Positions 1 through 12,500 of a DNA stretch of 64,000 nt are shown here, piece by piece. The translations under genes were made by a program, and so were the position numbers. The stretch is taken from the NCBI GenBank assembly GCA_000004985.1, contig GG738874.1; one strand, 5' to 3'. Under the pieces are notes generated by a model. The model worked only from the letters and a program-made list of their open reading frames with translations, was not told the origin of the DNA and did no database searches. Position 1 is the first letter of the stretch, and the number at the start of each line of letters is the position of its first letter. This DNA is from Naegleria gruberi (lineage: Eukaryota).

Positions 1-1094
1 AATGTTGAAATGCTCAAGATGTGTATTGATGCAATGGCAGCAACAGAATCCATTACACCAGACTCAGCTGCATTCTATCTGATGGAATGTGAAAAACATG
101 GACTTGTTGAACATCAATCTGCCTGTACAAGAATTCTTGCCGCTAATTTCAATGATATTAAGGATACCACCATTATTAACCAATTCAATCCAGATACTTT
201 CTCAGAGTTGGTTGATCTTGATGAGTTGAATGTCAAGAATGAAGATCAAGTATTTGTAAGTATCCATTTTTAAGTTGAATAACTTACAATCCATTATTAT
301 TATTTTAGGAAATTGTCTTATCTTTCCTTGTCAATAAGAAGGGTTTGGATTTGGAAAAGAAACAAGTTATCGGTCAAAAGATTAGAATACCCTTCCTCTC
401 GTATGATAAATTACAAATTATCATGGAAAAGAAGGAACCAATCTTGATAGAATCTATACCACATGATGTTCTCAGTGAATCTCTACTTGAAAGAATAAGA
501 AAGTTGGAAAAGAAGGGTCTTTACAAGATTTGTGGTGATGAATCTCCAAAATATTTGAGACCAAGAACTGCAAGATTATTTACACACACTTCTGATTTTG
601 ATGAAGGAGGTGTTCTCTATTGGCTTGGAACTTTATATCATACTGAAACTTATTCTTCTCCAATAGGTAGAGGACTCTTAAAGGTTACAACCAGTATTGG
701 TTTTGAAGCTGGTAGTGATGAAGACGTCATCAGTAGAGTTCCTGTTTCTTGTAATTTAATCAATAGTCCTAATACCACCATAACATTTGAGTTTGTGTCT
801 AATATGATTTTACCATCAGCATATACCATTCGTCACACCAATGCCAGAGATACTGAATGTTTGCGTACTTGGAGATTCCAAGGATCTATTGATGGTTTGA
901 CATTTACTGATCTTAAAGTTCATAACAATGATTCAACACTCACCACAAAATCCCAAAGTGCCACTTTCCCAATAACTGACTGTAATGAATATTACAAGTA
1001 CTTTAGAATACTTCAAGATGGTCCAAATAGTAGTAGCAACAATTATTTGAGTTTTGGTGGTTTTGAAATTTATGGAGCTGTAAAATTAATTTAA
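1..1094 (+). CDS. BTB/BACK-family protein, C-terminal portion (5' end lies outside the window); exons ..255 and 309..1094
   Basis: The reading frame is open from position 1. A GTAAGT donor at 256 and a TTTTAG acceptor ending at 308 join ORF 10..273 in frame to ORF 345..1094. The first part resembles a BACK domain (hydrophobic periodicity, '...FNPDTFSELVDLDELNVKNEDQVFE..LSFLV'). The C-terminal ~200 aa is an uncharacterised beta-rich domain ending at TAA 1092-1094. Confidence 0.5.
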
Positions 1095-1418
1095 TAATTT
1101 GTATTAAACAATTTTTGTAATTATTGTATTGAAATATCAGAAAGTTTGAAACGATTAACTTTTACCAGCATTCTCTAATTAGTTTTCGAAATATTGTAAT
1201 GTCTTAATTCTTCCGTAAGTTTCTACTTCTTGTTCATCTTTTCCTAATAACAAGAAAATCTGTAAATAAAGAAAAACCAACCATTTCCTCATCCTACATC
1301 TCCAAAATCACATATCCCTTACAATGATGAAAAACTCAAATATGAACCAATTGACTATTAAGAAGGAATATCACAGATAATTAGTTCATAAATATTTCAT
1401 TGATTTCACATCAAAAAA

Positions 1419-2235
1419 ATGTTTAGCTCACTTTTCACACGATATTCCCAACTCTTAATAGAACATCCCATCAAAACAAAGGCAATCACCTGTGGCTTCA
1501 TCACAGCTGCCTCCGATGGCATCACACAACACATGCTCTCTCGAAATTTACCTCCCGAACATCAACACTTCTCTCTCATTCGTTCCTTCAAGATGTTTTC
1601 ATATGGGCTACTGGCACTTGGACCCATCCTACATAATTGGTTCAGAATTGTCGAGTATTGTCTACCATTCAAGGCAAATGCCACTCCACGACAACGATTG
1701 GTGAATATTGTCAAGAGAGTGGCCTTTGAGTCGATCACATATAATCCCTTCATTATTACCACATTCTATACGATCAATACAATGATGGATTATTACATGC
1801 CCGATGATAAGACACCACCCTTTATTATGGAACAGATTGTACGAGGTGAATCATCATTAAAGGTGTTGAGGAGTAAGTTTGAGAGGGATTTTGCTGATAG
1901 CTATGCTTTTGGATTGAGATTGTGGCCAGCTGCTCAGGCTATTAATTATTATTGTAAGTTATTGTTGTTAGTAATTATTCCGAATATGATGATTTTGATT
2001 TTGATTTTGAATAATAATTTTCTAAAATGATTTTGATTAATTGATGATAATCATTACTTATAATAATAATATAATACTATGAATCATATTGTATTATTTC
2101 CTCTCTATTAATTCTTAAATAATTCATTGGTCATATATGCTGATATTAGTAATTCCTCCGATTTATAGAGTTTTATTCGTTAATATGGTAGCTGTGGGCT
2201 GGAATTGGTTCCTATGTACAAAACAACAACAATAA
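1419..2235 (+). CDS. Mpv17/PMP22-family peroxisomal/mitochondrial inner-membrane protein (Sym1-like); exons 1419..1953 and 2150..2235
   Basis: The 203-aa ORF shows Mpv17/PMP22-family hydrophobic segments. A phase-1 GTAAGT donor at 1954 and a TATTAG acceptor at 2149 give the C-terminus '...AINYY-L-IPPIYRVLFVNMVAVGWNWFLCTKQQQ*', which matches the conserved Mpv17 C-terminal motif (YRVLFVNxV..WN.YLS). Confidence 0.75.
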
Positions 2236-2637
2236 ATTAATTAGTAGTGGTGGCTGCTGGAGCTCTACGAACAAAGATCTTTCCTACAACTTGTGGTGCA
2301 AAGAGTTTTACATATCTCAAAACTAGAGAAAGTGCTGGTACAGTTTCTATAAAAACATCACATACTCCTCTAACACATCCTTCCAAAAATCTACTAAGAA
2401 AAGTTTCTCCGAGCGAGAGTGGTTGTTGTGCTGCTTGTTTTTTATCCATTTTTTAAAGTTTATTTATTTCCAATTAGAAGTGAAACACCACAATATTTCA
2501 TCCCACTAAACAACAACAGTATGGCTCATCATTACAAAAATTTTGGCTGGAAAATAAGCACAGCGCCCCTCAAGTCGTTTAATAAGAAAGTGGCCAGAAA
2601 AATATTGTAGTGTAATAGATTTTCATAAATTAATAAA

Positions 2638-5600
2638 TTACATTTGGTGGTTGTGAATAAACTCTTCCATGGATCTTTGATTTTCATCTCTTTGTGGAGC
2701 TTTGAGTTTGATAATCTTAACAAACTCTGGATCCTTATCGACAATGGAAACATCTTGTGGAGTAATGATAATGAGCTGTCTTGTTGGATGTTTGGCTTTA
2801 GCTGTTTTCAAAATCAAATCCATGGCAGTCTTTCTGTACATATTATCCATGAACACATCAAATTCGTCTACAGCTCTAAATGGAGTTTCAACAAGTTCCC
2901 AAATTGAAAGTAAAAAGCTCACAGTTGTGAAAGATTTTTCTCCACCAGACAAAGACTTGGCATCTTTAACAGTTACATGACTACCATGAGTAGCCATATG
3001 AATAATAAATTTAAGGTCTCCATCCTCAACTTCTATTTGCCCAGAGTGACCCTTTTGACTCATGTAACGACCAAAGAATTGAGATACAGTAGAAATAGCA
3101 GAGGATCTAATTGCCAGCATGGTTCTAGTTCTGGAATTAACACCCTCTTTGGCCATTTTAAGGGCATCACGGCAAACCTCTAAGTGTAGTTTCTTTTCGT
3201 CATATGTGCGTTTATAGTCAAGATAATCTTTCTTGACATCTGAAGCATTGATATTTCCAAGTCTTTGTTGTTCTCTATCTATCAACTTTTTAATTGCATC
3301 AATTCTATTTCCCAGTACTCTAGGATCTGCATTGGTTTCTATATATGGACAACCATCTGAAGCAGTATCATGACTTCGATCCATCAACTCCTTGCTTAAG
3401 GTCACTTCTCTTTCCTTCTTTTCTAGTTCTTGCCTGTAACTGAAAATCTCATTATCCATTGTACGACTATTACGATTCTCATCTTCAATTTGTTTCAAGA
3501 TGTTAAGTACCTCTCTATCACGGGTTTCTTTTTCTTGTTGTGCCTCCATAACACTTTGTCTGCTTTCTGCTGCTTGTTGGTTGAGTTCATTCAATTCAAT
3601 CTTTAAATCCTCCATTTTCTTCTCTTCCTCTTTAAGTCTTTCTCTATTAGAGGCAATCTTGTCTTGGCAAATTTTAATTTTACCCTCAAGCTCTTCAATA
3701 AACTGTTGATCGTTGTCTTCCTCATTTGCTATTTCATCGATATCCTTCTTTTTCTTGTTTATAACTACTTTCAGTGAATCGATTTTTTTTGAGGAAGTTT
3801 TAATGCTATCAGTCAACTTGGAAAGACTTTCATATAGCCTATCTGCTTCAGAACGGAGTCTTTTCTCTGTCACCTCTACTTCTTTAACCTTTTTTCTGAG
3901 TTCTTCGGCAGCTTTCACTCTTGCTTGAATTTCTTCTTCCACACTCTTAGTCCATAATTTACTTCTTGGAGCATTAGCAACATCTGTCACAGCACTTCCA
4001 CCTTTTCTAAAAACTCTTGTACCTGTAATGGTAATAGCCTCATATTGTGGGTATTGATCTATAAATGATTGTGCTTCTTTAAGATTTTGAATGAGCACAT
4101 TTCTTTCAACTCTAGACTGGTTAATAAGCATATTAATTAATGTTGATCTGAGAACCTCAGTATCATCATACTTCAAAGGAGTGCTCCTAAGTGCATTCAA
4201 ATCTACATCTAATGTATGATAAATAGTGGTATGACCGTGAGGGAGAACCTTACTTAAATCATAAACCGAGTTGGTATATTGCTGAATGATGTGCGTAAAT
4301 TTGACACCAGTTTTCTTCTTGATTCTGTTCAATTCTTCTCCGTCTTTGAAATTATCAACAATAAATCCATTTAAATTTTTGATAAGAAATTGCTCAATTG
4401 CAGCGGCCCAATCTAAATACTCTTCTTTAACGCTTAAAAGCAATCCCAAAGGTCCTATTGGCGGCTTAGAAAAATTCTTGCTCTTGCTTAGTTCAGAAAG
4501 GAAATTTTTCATTTGTGCTCCTCCCACCATTGCAAATTTATCAGTTCTACTTTGCTTGAGTTTACTCTCTTCATCTTGTAATTTTCTAATATCTTCCTCT
4601 ATACTGCCTCTTTCATGTCTTGTCTGATTTTGTTGAGTAGTCAATTTCTCCCTGTTGACCTTAATGCCTGTGGCTTCTTCTTCGTATTGTTTCTTATTTT
4701 CTTCTATTTTGTCGATATCTGATTGAATTTTATCTATTTCCTCCTGTTTGCTCTTGATAGCTGACTCTTTATCAGTCTTATTCTTTGAAAGTGTTTCATT
4801 TTTGTTTCTGTCGAAAAGTTGAATTTCTTGTTCCAGAGCAGTTATTTCTCTATTGATTTTTTGTCTAGTTTGCTGAGAATTTTTTGCTCTAGTTTCAATA
4901 TCCCTTTTCTTGTTAAGCACATTGCTAGCCTCTTGGTTTAGCAGGTAAATTTTTTTGCCAATACTTTCAATCTCTTCATCAATTTGGAACTTCCTAGTTG
5001 TTAACTCTGAAATCCTAGTCCCTGAAGATGAGTTTTTCTTCTCAATTAGTTCATCTAAACTTCTTTTAAGTGCATCTCTCAATTTGACCTCACCTTCATA
5101 CTGAACCCTGTTTTTATGGTAGATAGCCCAACCCCTTTCAGATTGTAAAGCAGTCATATCATTTCTAAGCTCATCTATCCTTGTTGTTTCTTTGTAAAGG
5201 TCTTCTCTTTTTTTTAATTCTTCTGTTGATTCTTGAAAAGCGCTTATTTTATCAGCATACATATCTTCCATAATCTTATTGTTCTTGTTTGCTTGAGCAA
5301 TATTTTCCTCCATATCTTTAATTTGAGTCGCACGCAGGAAAAATTGATATTTCTTGGCCTCAGAAGATCCGGCCAAAAATTCTCTACTGATATCTTGAGT
5401 CATGCAGGTGGTAGGATTTTCTATTTGAATATTGAAAGAGTGTAAAATGATTGCCAATTCCTTGCTAGATTTTGAAATGGTCTTTCCTTGACTATTTTGA
5501 ATTTTGAGAGTAGTGCTACCTGCCTTGGAAATACCCTTTACAATAATAATGGATCTTCCATATAGTTCTTTCTTGTATGCATCTCTTCCTTGATTTCTGA

Positions 5601-6003
5601 GTCTAATCATAATTTCAGCATGTTCTTTTCCTGACATGACTAGATCCTTAATGGAATTACCTCTGTTAGTATTCTTAGCCTTCGATCCAAGCCCAACTTG
5701 GATTGCTGTAAGAACAGCACTTTTACCACTACCGTTCTCACCGTGAATAATAGTTGTTCTGTCATGAAATTCCACTTTAAAGTTAGGGTGACACATAAAG
5801 TTCTTCAATTTAATTTCTTCAATAATACCTGCTTCAAGGTTTTTTCCATCTTCTGCATCAAAAGCAGTTTTATCTTTCCTTTTCTTACTTTTTTGTGTTA
5901 ATTTTGGTGCTTCTTCCTCATCCGATTCCTCTATTTGTGTATTTGGTATTTCCTCCTCTTCATCAGATTCAATTTCTTGTTGTCTTTTTCTCTTGCTTGT
6001 CAT
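2638..6003 (-). CDS. SMC6: Structural maintenance of chromosomes protein 6 (SMC6); single exon, 1121 aa
   Basis: The N-terminal Walker A region 'GIIEEIKLKNFMCHPNFKVEFHDRTTIIHGENGSGKSAVLTAIQVGLG' is typical of SMC6 (NFMCH ... GxNGSGKSA). Long coiled-coil arms rich in E/K/Q/L flank a central hinge. The C-terminal signature 'LSGGEKSFTTVSFLLSIWELVETPFRAVDEFDVFMD' contains the ABC signature and Walker B motif. Confidence 0.85.
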   Translation of the reverse strand: MTSKRKRQQEIESDEEEEIPNTQIEESDEEEAPKLTQKSKKRKDKTAFDAEDGKNLEAGIIEEIKLKNFMCHPNFKVEFHDRTTIIHGENGSGKSAVLTAIQVGLGSKAKNTNRGNSIKDLVMSGKEHAEIMIRLRNQGRDAYKKELYGRSIIIVKGISKAGSTTLKIQNSQGKTISKSSKELAIILHSFNIQIENPTTCMTQDISREFLAGSSEAKKYQFFLRATQIKDMEENIAQANKNNKIMEDMYADKISAFQESTEELKKREDLYKETTRIDELRNDMTALQSERGWAIYHKNRVQYEGEVKLRDALKRSLDELIEKKNSSSGTRISELTTRKFQIDEEIESIGKKIYLLNQEASNVLNKKRDIETRAKNSQQTRQKINREITALEQEIQLFDRNKNETLSKNKTDKESAIKSKQEEIDKIQSDIDKIEENKKQYEEEATGIKVNREKLTTQQNQTRHERGSIEEDIRKLQDEESKLKQSRTDKFAMVGGAQMKNFLSELSKSKNFSKPPIGPLGLLLSVKEEYLDWAAAIEQFLIKNLNGFIVDNFKDGEELNRIKKKTGVKFTHIIQQYTNSVYDLSKVLPHGHTTIYHTLDVDLNALRSTPLKYDDTEVLRSTLINMLINQSRVERNVLIQNLKEAQSFIDQYPQYEAITITGTRVFRKGGSAVTDVANAPRSKLWTKSVEEEIQARVKAAEELRKKVKEVEVTEKRLRSEADRLYESLSKLTDSIKTSSKKIDSLKVVINKKKKDIDEIANEEDNDQQFIEELEGKIKICQDKIASNRERLKEEEKKMEDLKIELNELNQQAAESRQSVMEAQQEKETRDREVLNILKQIEDENRNSRTMDNEIFSYRQELEKKEREVTLSKELMDRSHDTASDGCPYIETNADPRVLGNRIDAIKKLIDREQQRLGNINASDVKKDYLDYKRTYDEKKLHLEVCRDALKMAKEGVNSRTRTMLAIRSSAISTVSQFFGRYMSQKGHSGQIEVEDGDLKFIIHMATHGSHVTVKDAKSLSGGEKSFTTVSFLLSIWELVETPFRAVDEFDVFMDNMYRKTAMDLILKTAKAKHPTRQLIIITPQDVSIVDKDPEFVKIIKLKAPQRDENQRSMEEFIHNHQM

Positions 6004-7257
6004 TTTACTATGTACAAATAAATAAATAAATTAATGATGATATTCCGTAAAGTGATAATTGTAGTAGAAAGTTTAATCAACTTTAATAGGCTTTTGATGT
6101 CCTCTATGATGTGATGTTGTCTCCACACAATTAACGTATTTTTTTTGTTCTTCCTCCTGCTGGATTTGTGCAACGAAGAAAACGAATAGATTTGTTTTTT
6201 TGTTTTGGCGCCAATCACATTTTTATGTCTATCCATTAACTCTTATCTAACATAACTTTTTAATCTCACTATACTAAGCACCTTGTAACAACAGGACAAT
6301 TTTAATAACCTTCAATACTTCCAAGTCCCTACCGATGCTATGTAAAGCAAAATAGTCGTGCTTCATCATCACTTCCTTCAAATCAGAGAAAAAAAAGCTT
6401 TGTGTGCATACCGTTCACTGTTTTTGTAAGCACCAAAGAAATTGATTAACAACCACAAAACCAACAACAATTAATATCATCGTCATCATAATAGTACAAT
6501 CTTATCTCGAATATATTAATATATTTATTATTACATAATAGTGGAGATGAGTAATAATCAAGCAGTTGTAGCTGGAGGTAAAAGAAATCAACAAGATGAA
6601 AAAACAAATGTAACAACAAATAATAATAATAATAGAAAGGAGAATGGTAAACAACATACTGATGATCATAGGAGTGATGATAACGCTTCATCTGAAAAAC
6701 ATTATATTGTTAAAAAAGGTGATTTTTCCTCCGATAGAACAATTTGTCATATGATGACTGAGAAGAAGTAGGTTTTAATCTAATTGAATTTAAATCTTGA
6801 ATATTTGTTTAGAAATAATGATAGAGTATTTTCAGTGATAGTAGAACAATCAGTTGTGTGTGGAATTATTGATCATACATATTCCGATCATAATAACGAG
6901 GTTAGTTTGACAAATATTCAATTCGAATATTCATTATTTGTTGAAGGTTATTGGATTGCTAGGTGGATTTTTCGATGAGAAGAGTTATGTTGTGTACATT
7001 AGTTGCTTCAAAGCTCTCAAGAGGGATATTGGAAATATTGCAATTGATGGTGTTGAATGTGATCCAAATGAGCTAATCAAAGCCCAAGAGTTTTTCCAAG
7101 AAAAGTAAGTTATTTACAATTTGTGAATTTCTAATTTAATGAAATTAATAGAGATTTGATTTTTTGTGGATGGTATCACTCTCAGTAAGTACAATATATT
7201 GACGACAATTTAATATTTAATATTATATAAAGTCCAAGGATACCACCTTTTCCATCT

Positions 7258-8499
7258 ATGAAAGATTTACAAATGCAATTTGAAATGCAAACACAAGCAC
7301 AATATGCAGTTGGATTAATTTGCTCTGCATACTATAACGAGGGAACAACTATGAAAAAAAGTGAAAAGCATAGTTTTTATATGAATTGTTTTAGAGTGGA
7401 AGAAAAGAAGGGAAAGTACGAGGCCTTAAAAGTTTCCTACACTGTTAATAACACTGGTGTTCTGCAATACGAAACCCAAAATGAAATGGTAAAAACTCTT
7501 AATACTGGACTTGCTGAGTCTAAAGATACTTTCACAAGACTATTTGAGCAAGCTGTGAAGGAAAACAACAAATCAAAACAGCTGTATATTATGTCAAAAT
7601 ATCAATCATTTTTATTTGATTTTTGGAATAATTCCATAAATACAAGATCAAGAGTACTTAGGCAAGATATTGAAAATTTGAGAGCACAAAATACATTTTT
7701 GAAAAAGAAACTAGACGATTTAAATAGAAAGAAGGATGTTTTAGAACCTAGAGAGCCAAAAGAGAAGAAAACAAAACATTATGGCAATGCTAAATTAATT
7801 CATGGAAATAAGTCTGTCTCACTCAGTTCTGTTCATGTCGTAAACAGTCCTTCATTTAATCATATTGATTTTATTGAAAATGAAAGAGAAACTCTCAGAT
7901 TAATTGATGAGGAAGAGGAAATTAGTGAAGAATCAGTGATAGAACAACCTCCACCACCTCCTTCAATAGAATTTCTAGAAAATCCAAGAATCAGACATCA
8001 TAATAATGCAGCCTATCATTGTTACAATAAGGCAATTGTAAATGGAATGACATACAAGATTGGTGATCATATCAGAGCAGAAACCATAAGTAATGGGAAT
8101 GTTACAGTTCAACCAGCAAGGATACAGGATATCATTTGCTTAGATATCAAGAATCCAGATAGATTCTCAGTTACATTCTTCCATGTTTTATATTATTATG
8201 GAATTGGTGTGGTGAGGACATGTATTCCAAAAGATGTTGCAGATAAGCATTTCTCTGATTCTGGTGAAGAAGAAATAGTTCTCTACACAAATCCATTCCA
8301 ACTATTCCTACAACCAAACAAGGTTTATGAAAAGATTTTCATTTATGATTATGAGGCATGCATCAATTTGAAATATGGTGGAAGAGCTCTCAGTCCCAAT
8401 CAACAATTATACTATTGTAGATATCAATTACGACATGTTGAAAATGCCTTTGTAGTGGAAGATATTGACCCAACAACATTGGACAAATTGGCTCATTAG
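7258..8499 (+). CDS. BAH-domain chromatin protein (3' main exon); probable upstream exons lie in 6541..7106 and are unresolved
   Basis: The C-terminal ~150 aa ('YKIGDHIRAETISNGNVTVQPARIQDIICLD...RFSVTFFHVLYYYG...YEKIFIYDYEACINLKYGG') fits a BAH domain. Upstream coding-like segments run in frame to a GTAAGT donor at ~7107 (ORFs 6541..6771 and 6784..6978, plus the frame encoding '...GGFFDEKSYVVYISCFKALKRDIGNIAIDGVECDPNELIKAQEFFQEK'). Confidence 0.5.
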   Translation: MKDLQMQFEMQTQAQYAVGLICSAYYNEGTTMKKSEKHSFYMNCFRVEEKKGKYEALKVSYTVNNTGVLQYETQNEMVKTLNTGLAESKDTFTRLFEQAVKENNKSKQLYIMSKYQSFLFDFWNNSINTRSRVLRQDIENLRAQNTFLKKKLDDLNRKKDVLEPREPKEKKTKHYGNAKLIHGNKSVSLSSVHVVNSPSFNHIDFIENERETLRLIDEEEEISEESVIEQPPPPPSIEFLENPRIRHHNNAAYHCYNKAIVNGMTYKIGDHIRAETISNGNVTVQPARIQDIICLDIKNPDRFSVTFFHVLYYYGIGVVRTCIPKDVADKHFSDSGEEEIVLYTNPFQLFLQPNKVYEKIFIYDYEACINLKYGGRALSPNQQLYYCRYQLRHVENAFVVEDIDPTTLDKLAH

Positions 8500-8722
8500 A
8501 TGAAATTCAATTCTTTCAATCTCCAATTCTCTATTATTTATTTAATAATAGATCTATTCTCTCGGAATTTGCATGGAGTACACCAATTTAATGCAAACAA
8601 TTTAACAATAGTTACCCTTGTGAAAAACATCAAGGATCCAAAAAGTAGTGAAATTCAACAATAATTTTTCACCCAACATCATTAAATTTAATTTTATTTT
8701 TAAAATTCACAACTTCAAAAAA

Positions 8723-9553
8723 ATGTCTGAGCAAAACACCAAGAAGAATAAACCAATCAAAGCCAAAAAGAGTGCTGATAAGAAACTTGAACAAAAAACC
8801 GATGAAGAAATTCAAGATATGATCACAACAACACAATCTGGAGATGTTATGGGAGAAGTTGAAGAATTGGATTTTCCAGAAGATGATTTCTTGAAGGAAA
8901 TTGAAGAACAATTTGAAATGGTTTCTGCTCAACAAGCTTCGGAAGCTGCTGAATCGAGGAAAAAGAATAAAGTAGCTATCACTGAAGAACCAGTTCCAAA
9001 GTCAGATGCTGAATTAATTATGCAATCCGAGAATTCAGTGAAATATCAAAAGGCTCCAGTTTCATTCAGAGTTAATATTGTCAGAAAGACGATAAAGATG
9101 GTTATTATTCTTCACAAGATTCCAGAAAAGTATATTAAACTCGATGTTGAGGATGACCATTTCACAGTTGATACTCTTGGATATACTAGGAAATTATGGT
9201 TACAAAGAAAGTTCCCAGGTTTGATTAAAGTTAACAAGGAAAAGGTTGCTGCTCAATTTTTGAAGAATGGATTGGTTTTGGTAACTCTGCCAATTGTATC
9301 AATTCCAAAGGAAACATTTGACCATCATTTAGGATTAATCAAAAAAAAGCATGAAAGTAGAAAGATCAAATTCCCAACACCTGTCAAACAAAGTATTATT
9401 AAGAGTGCTATCAATTTGGAAAAGAAACGTAAACGAAGAGAAAGACAAAAGGAAAAGAAGGAGTTTATTGCACAAAATATGGACTTGAAGCAAAAGAAGA
9501 AGAAGAAGAAAAAGACCAATACAACTGAAACAACAACTGCTGAACAAAAGTAA
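8723..9553 (+). CDS. Small heat-shock-protein-like (alpha-crystallin/HSP20-type) domain protein with an acidic N-terminal and a lysine-rich C-terminal tail
   Basis: ATG at 8723 ('MSEQNTKK'). The central region 'VSFRVNIVRKTIKMVIILHKIPEKYIKLDVEDDHFTVDTLG...KVAAQFLKNGLVLVTLPIV' resembles an ACD/p23 beta-sandwich with its C-terminal 'A.F.NGVL.V..P' motif. The tail is K/R-rich and NLS-like. Confidence 0.4.
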   Translation: MSEQNTKKNKPIKAKKSADKKLEQKTDEEIQDMITTTQSGDVMGEVEELDFPEDDFLKEIEEQFEMVSAQQASEAAESRKKNKVAITEEPVPKSDAELIMQSENSVKYQKAPVSFRVNIVRKTIKMVIILHKIPEKYIKLDVEDDHFTVDTLGYTRKLWLQRKFPGLIKVNKEKVAAQFLKNGLVLVTLPIVSIPKETFDHHLGLIKKKHESRKIKFPTPVKQSIIKSAINLEKKRKRRERQKEKKEFIAQNMDLKQKKKKKKKTNTTETTTAEQK

Positions 9554-9583
9554 AAAGTGTGAATCAAAATTTTTATAGAAATT

Positions 9584-12500
9584 CTACTCTTTCTTGGATG
9601 AAGGAATGAAAACTTCCTTAGCTGGGGCTCTATTATTGTAATTGGACGACATACTGAATCCATAACTTCCTGCTGTACAAATGCAAAGAACATCACCTTC
9701 ACGTGTTTCACTAGATATTGGTCTATCATTACCAAAAACGTCACCACTTTCACAAATTGGTCCCACAATATCGGCAACCATTGTACTTTCAGCTGGATCA
9801 TCACTATCAGGATTGCTGATCTTGGACAAGTTGACAATTTCATGATGGGAATTGTACAAGGTTGGTCTGATGAGTGAGTTCATACCAGTTTCAATACCAA
9901 TAAATAATTTGAAATTCTTATTCTTAATTTGTGTAACACGAGCTAACAAGACACCAGCATTGGCTGTCAAAAATCTTCCAGGTTCCATACAGAGCTTGAC
10001 ATTTGTTGGATTATTATTTAACTTGAATTCGGTCATAGCTTTAGCAACTTCGCCCAAATCCAATTCAGTTTGCTTGTAAGGCACATAAGGAACACCAAGA
10101 CCACCTCCACAGTCAATTAATTTAACATCTTTAGCCAATTTTGGATATTCTGAAATGAGTTGAGTCAATGTAGTAGCAGTCTTCTTCCATGCTTCAGCTT
10201 CATCCAAAATACCACTTCCAACGTGAGCATGCAATCCCATAACTGTAATACTAAATTGTTCACACAATTCAATGGCTTGAGGAATGTCACTAATGTGAAT
10301 ACCAAACTTGGATTGAACACCACTTGTTTTAACCTTAGCATGGTGACCCTTACCTGCACCTGGATCAATTCTCAATAGAACAGACTTACCCCTCAGTAAT
10401 TCTGACCAATTCATGAGTGGATAAAGAGAATCAATGGTTAACATGACTCCCAATGAGATAGCTTCTCTATATTCCTTCTTTGGAGCAAAGTTTGGAGTGA
10501 ACAAGATTCTACTCTTATCAATATTAGGGAAGAGATTACAGACCATTCTCACTTCATCAATGGAGACACATTCCAAACCGAAACCGATACCTTCGAATAT
10601 CTTGAGAATTTCAACATTTGGATTGGACTTGATAGCAAAGAAAATGGTATCAACTGGTCCTCCACACTTAGTTGAAATATTGATGAGCTTTTGAGCATTG
10701 GCATAAAATTGATCAACATCATAAACATAGAGAGGTTGATCTTCAGCTTGCATCAATTCGAGAAGTTGATTTTGCTTGACACGCCACCAAACATGTTTAC
10801 CACTGACATCGTTAATCTTTTGTTTTTGAGTTTCGAAAAGTTCAGTCCAAGATGGTCCAATATATTGGGAATCAATGGCTTGCTTAATAAAGACCCAATC
10901 GTGTAATTCTTTCAATAATTGTTCATTGGAATTGTTTTGATCGAGCAAGAAAGTCAAATTGACATCAGAGGCAGCCAAGGCAACAGAATGAATCTTTTGT
11001 CCAGAGAAATACTTCAAACCAGATGAAAGACGAGGCAAGAATGATCTAATATTCTTACCAATCAATGACAAGGCAGCACATGGTCCAATAATTTCAACTC
11101 TGCAATTCATAGATCTTAAATCATTAACAAGCTTGTTCAAAATATCATTGTCCAACTTGGCTGTAGCATCAAAAGTGATGGTAATATTGGCCTCAGAGGT
11201 TGTAACAAAATCTACAGAAATATTATACTTTTTGAATTTGGAGAAAACATCGGCCAAGAAACCAACTTTTTGCCACATATCCAATGTATCAATAGATACC
11301 ATAAGAATGTCTCTTCTGATACAGATGCACTTGACGTGTGGTGTCTTTTCTTCATAGGTTAAACTTGTGACGTGTTCTTCTGATGACTTTTCTTCATCAT
11401 TTTCACTTTGAATGAGAGTAATATATTCCTTATCAATTTGCCCAGATTGGAAACGTTTCAAAAGCTTGACAGATCTAATTCTAATTTGAATATCGAATTC
11501 TTGTAAGAGCTTGAGACTTCTTGGTTGTAAAATCTTAAAGTTATCAGAGGTGGCAATTTCTAATGCTTCATGATAAGATAATTCCAAAACAAACTTGGCA
11601 TTTGTTGTTTTCATGTCAGAGGATGTGTAAATTCCACCAGTATTTGTCCAAAAGTCCACTGAACCAATATCAAGTTTAGTAGCATAAATTGCCACAGAGA
11701 GGTCAGAATTTGAACCTCCAACTCCAAAGAGAACAACATCACCCTTTCCATCACAACCCATATTTCCTTGAGTGATGAGAATGTCTGCTTCACTGGTTTT
11801 TAATTCTTCAATTAAATCAGTATCAACGAGTGGAGAATCATAATTGGCTCTCAAATATTGGTCTTGCTTTCTTTGCTCGTAAATGGTAAAGTTGACCTTA
11901 TCACTGTGGGTCACTTCTTCAACAGCCGTAGTTAAATACTTCTTGCTATCTAACAAGGCAGCTGAAAATGAATGATTAATTTCTTCAGATTGTAAGAATT
12001 CTAACAAGAAATTGCAAACCATTTCACTATAATATCCAATAATTTTAGCAATAACCTTTGGTGTAGATTCTGATAATAAATTAACTCCAATAAGGGATTG
12101 TTTCATCTTTGCTCTATATTCATTAAAAGTAACAGTTTCAAGAGCTGGATATTGCTTGTACAATTGACAGAGTGGTTCTAAAAATTCAGTCAAATATCTT
12201 TCAACAATACTTTCAGATTGAAGTGATTCAAATGAATCATCATCCTTCTTTTGTGATAATGATTGAATATATTTCAACATTTTAGTACCTTCATCTTCAT
12301 TCAATGTAGAAGGAGCAACAATAATAATCTTTGCATTTTCATCCAATTCATGTAAACGTTTCTTCTCCGATACAATTTGGGACAAGATAAAATTCAAACC
12401 CTTCTTTTTAGTTAATAAACCAGAATCAAACGTGCACAAGTAAAATTTAGAATGATGATGAGTTTTCATCAATGAAAGAGTGTTTGATAAAACGGAACCC

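Noticed and set aside
2644-5901. Multiple plus-strand ORFs of 60-110 aa (2644..2907, 2702..2980, 3500..3709, 3713..3928, 4286..4627, 5233..5445 and 5698..5901) inside the SMC6 locus.
   Set aside because: They are antisense shadows of the long SMC6 coiled-coil ORF. They have Ser/Leu/Phe-rich low-complexity composition typical of reverse-frame K/E-rich sequence and no motifs.
6000-6540. A-T-rich 540-bp region with small ORFs (6000..6236 minus and 6446..6691 minus).
   Set aside because: The composition is promoter-like between divergent SMC6 and BAH-protein genes. The ORFs are low-complexity (Y/L/N runs) and unsupported.
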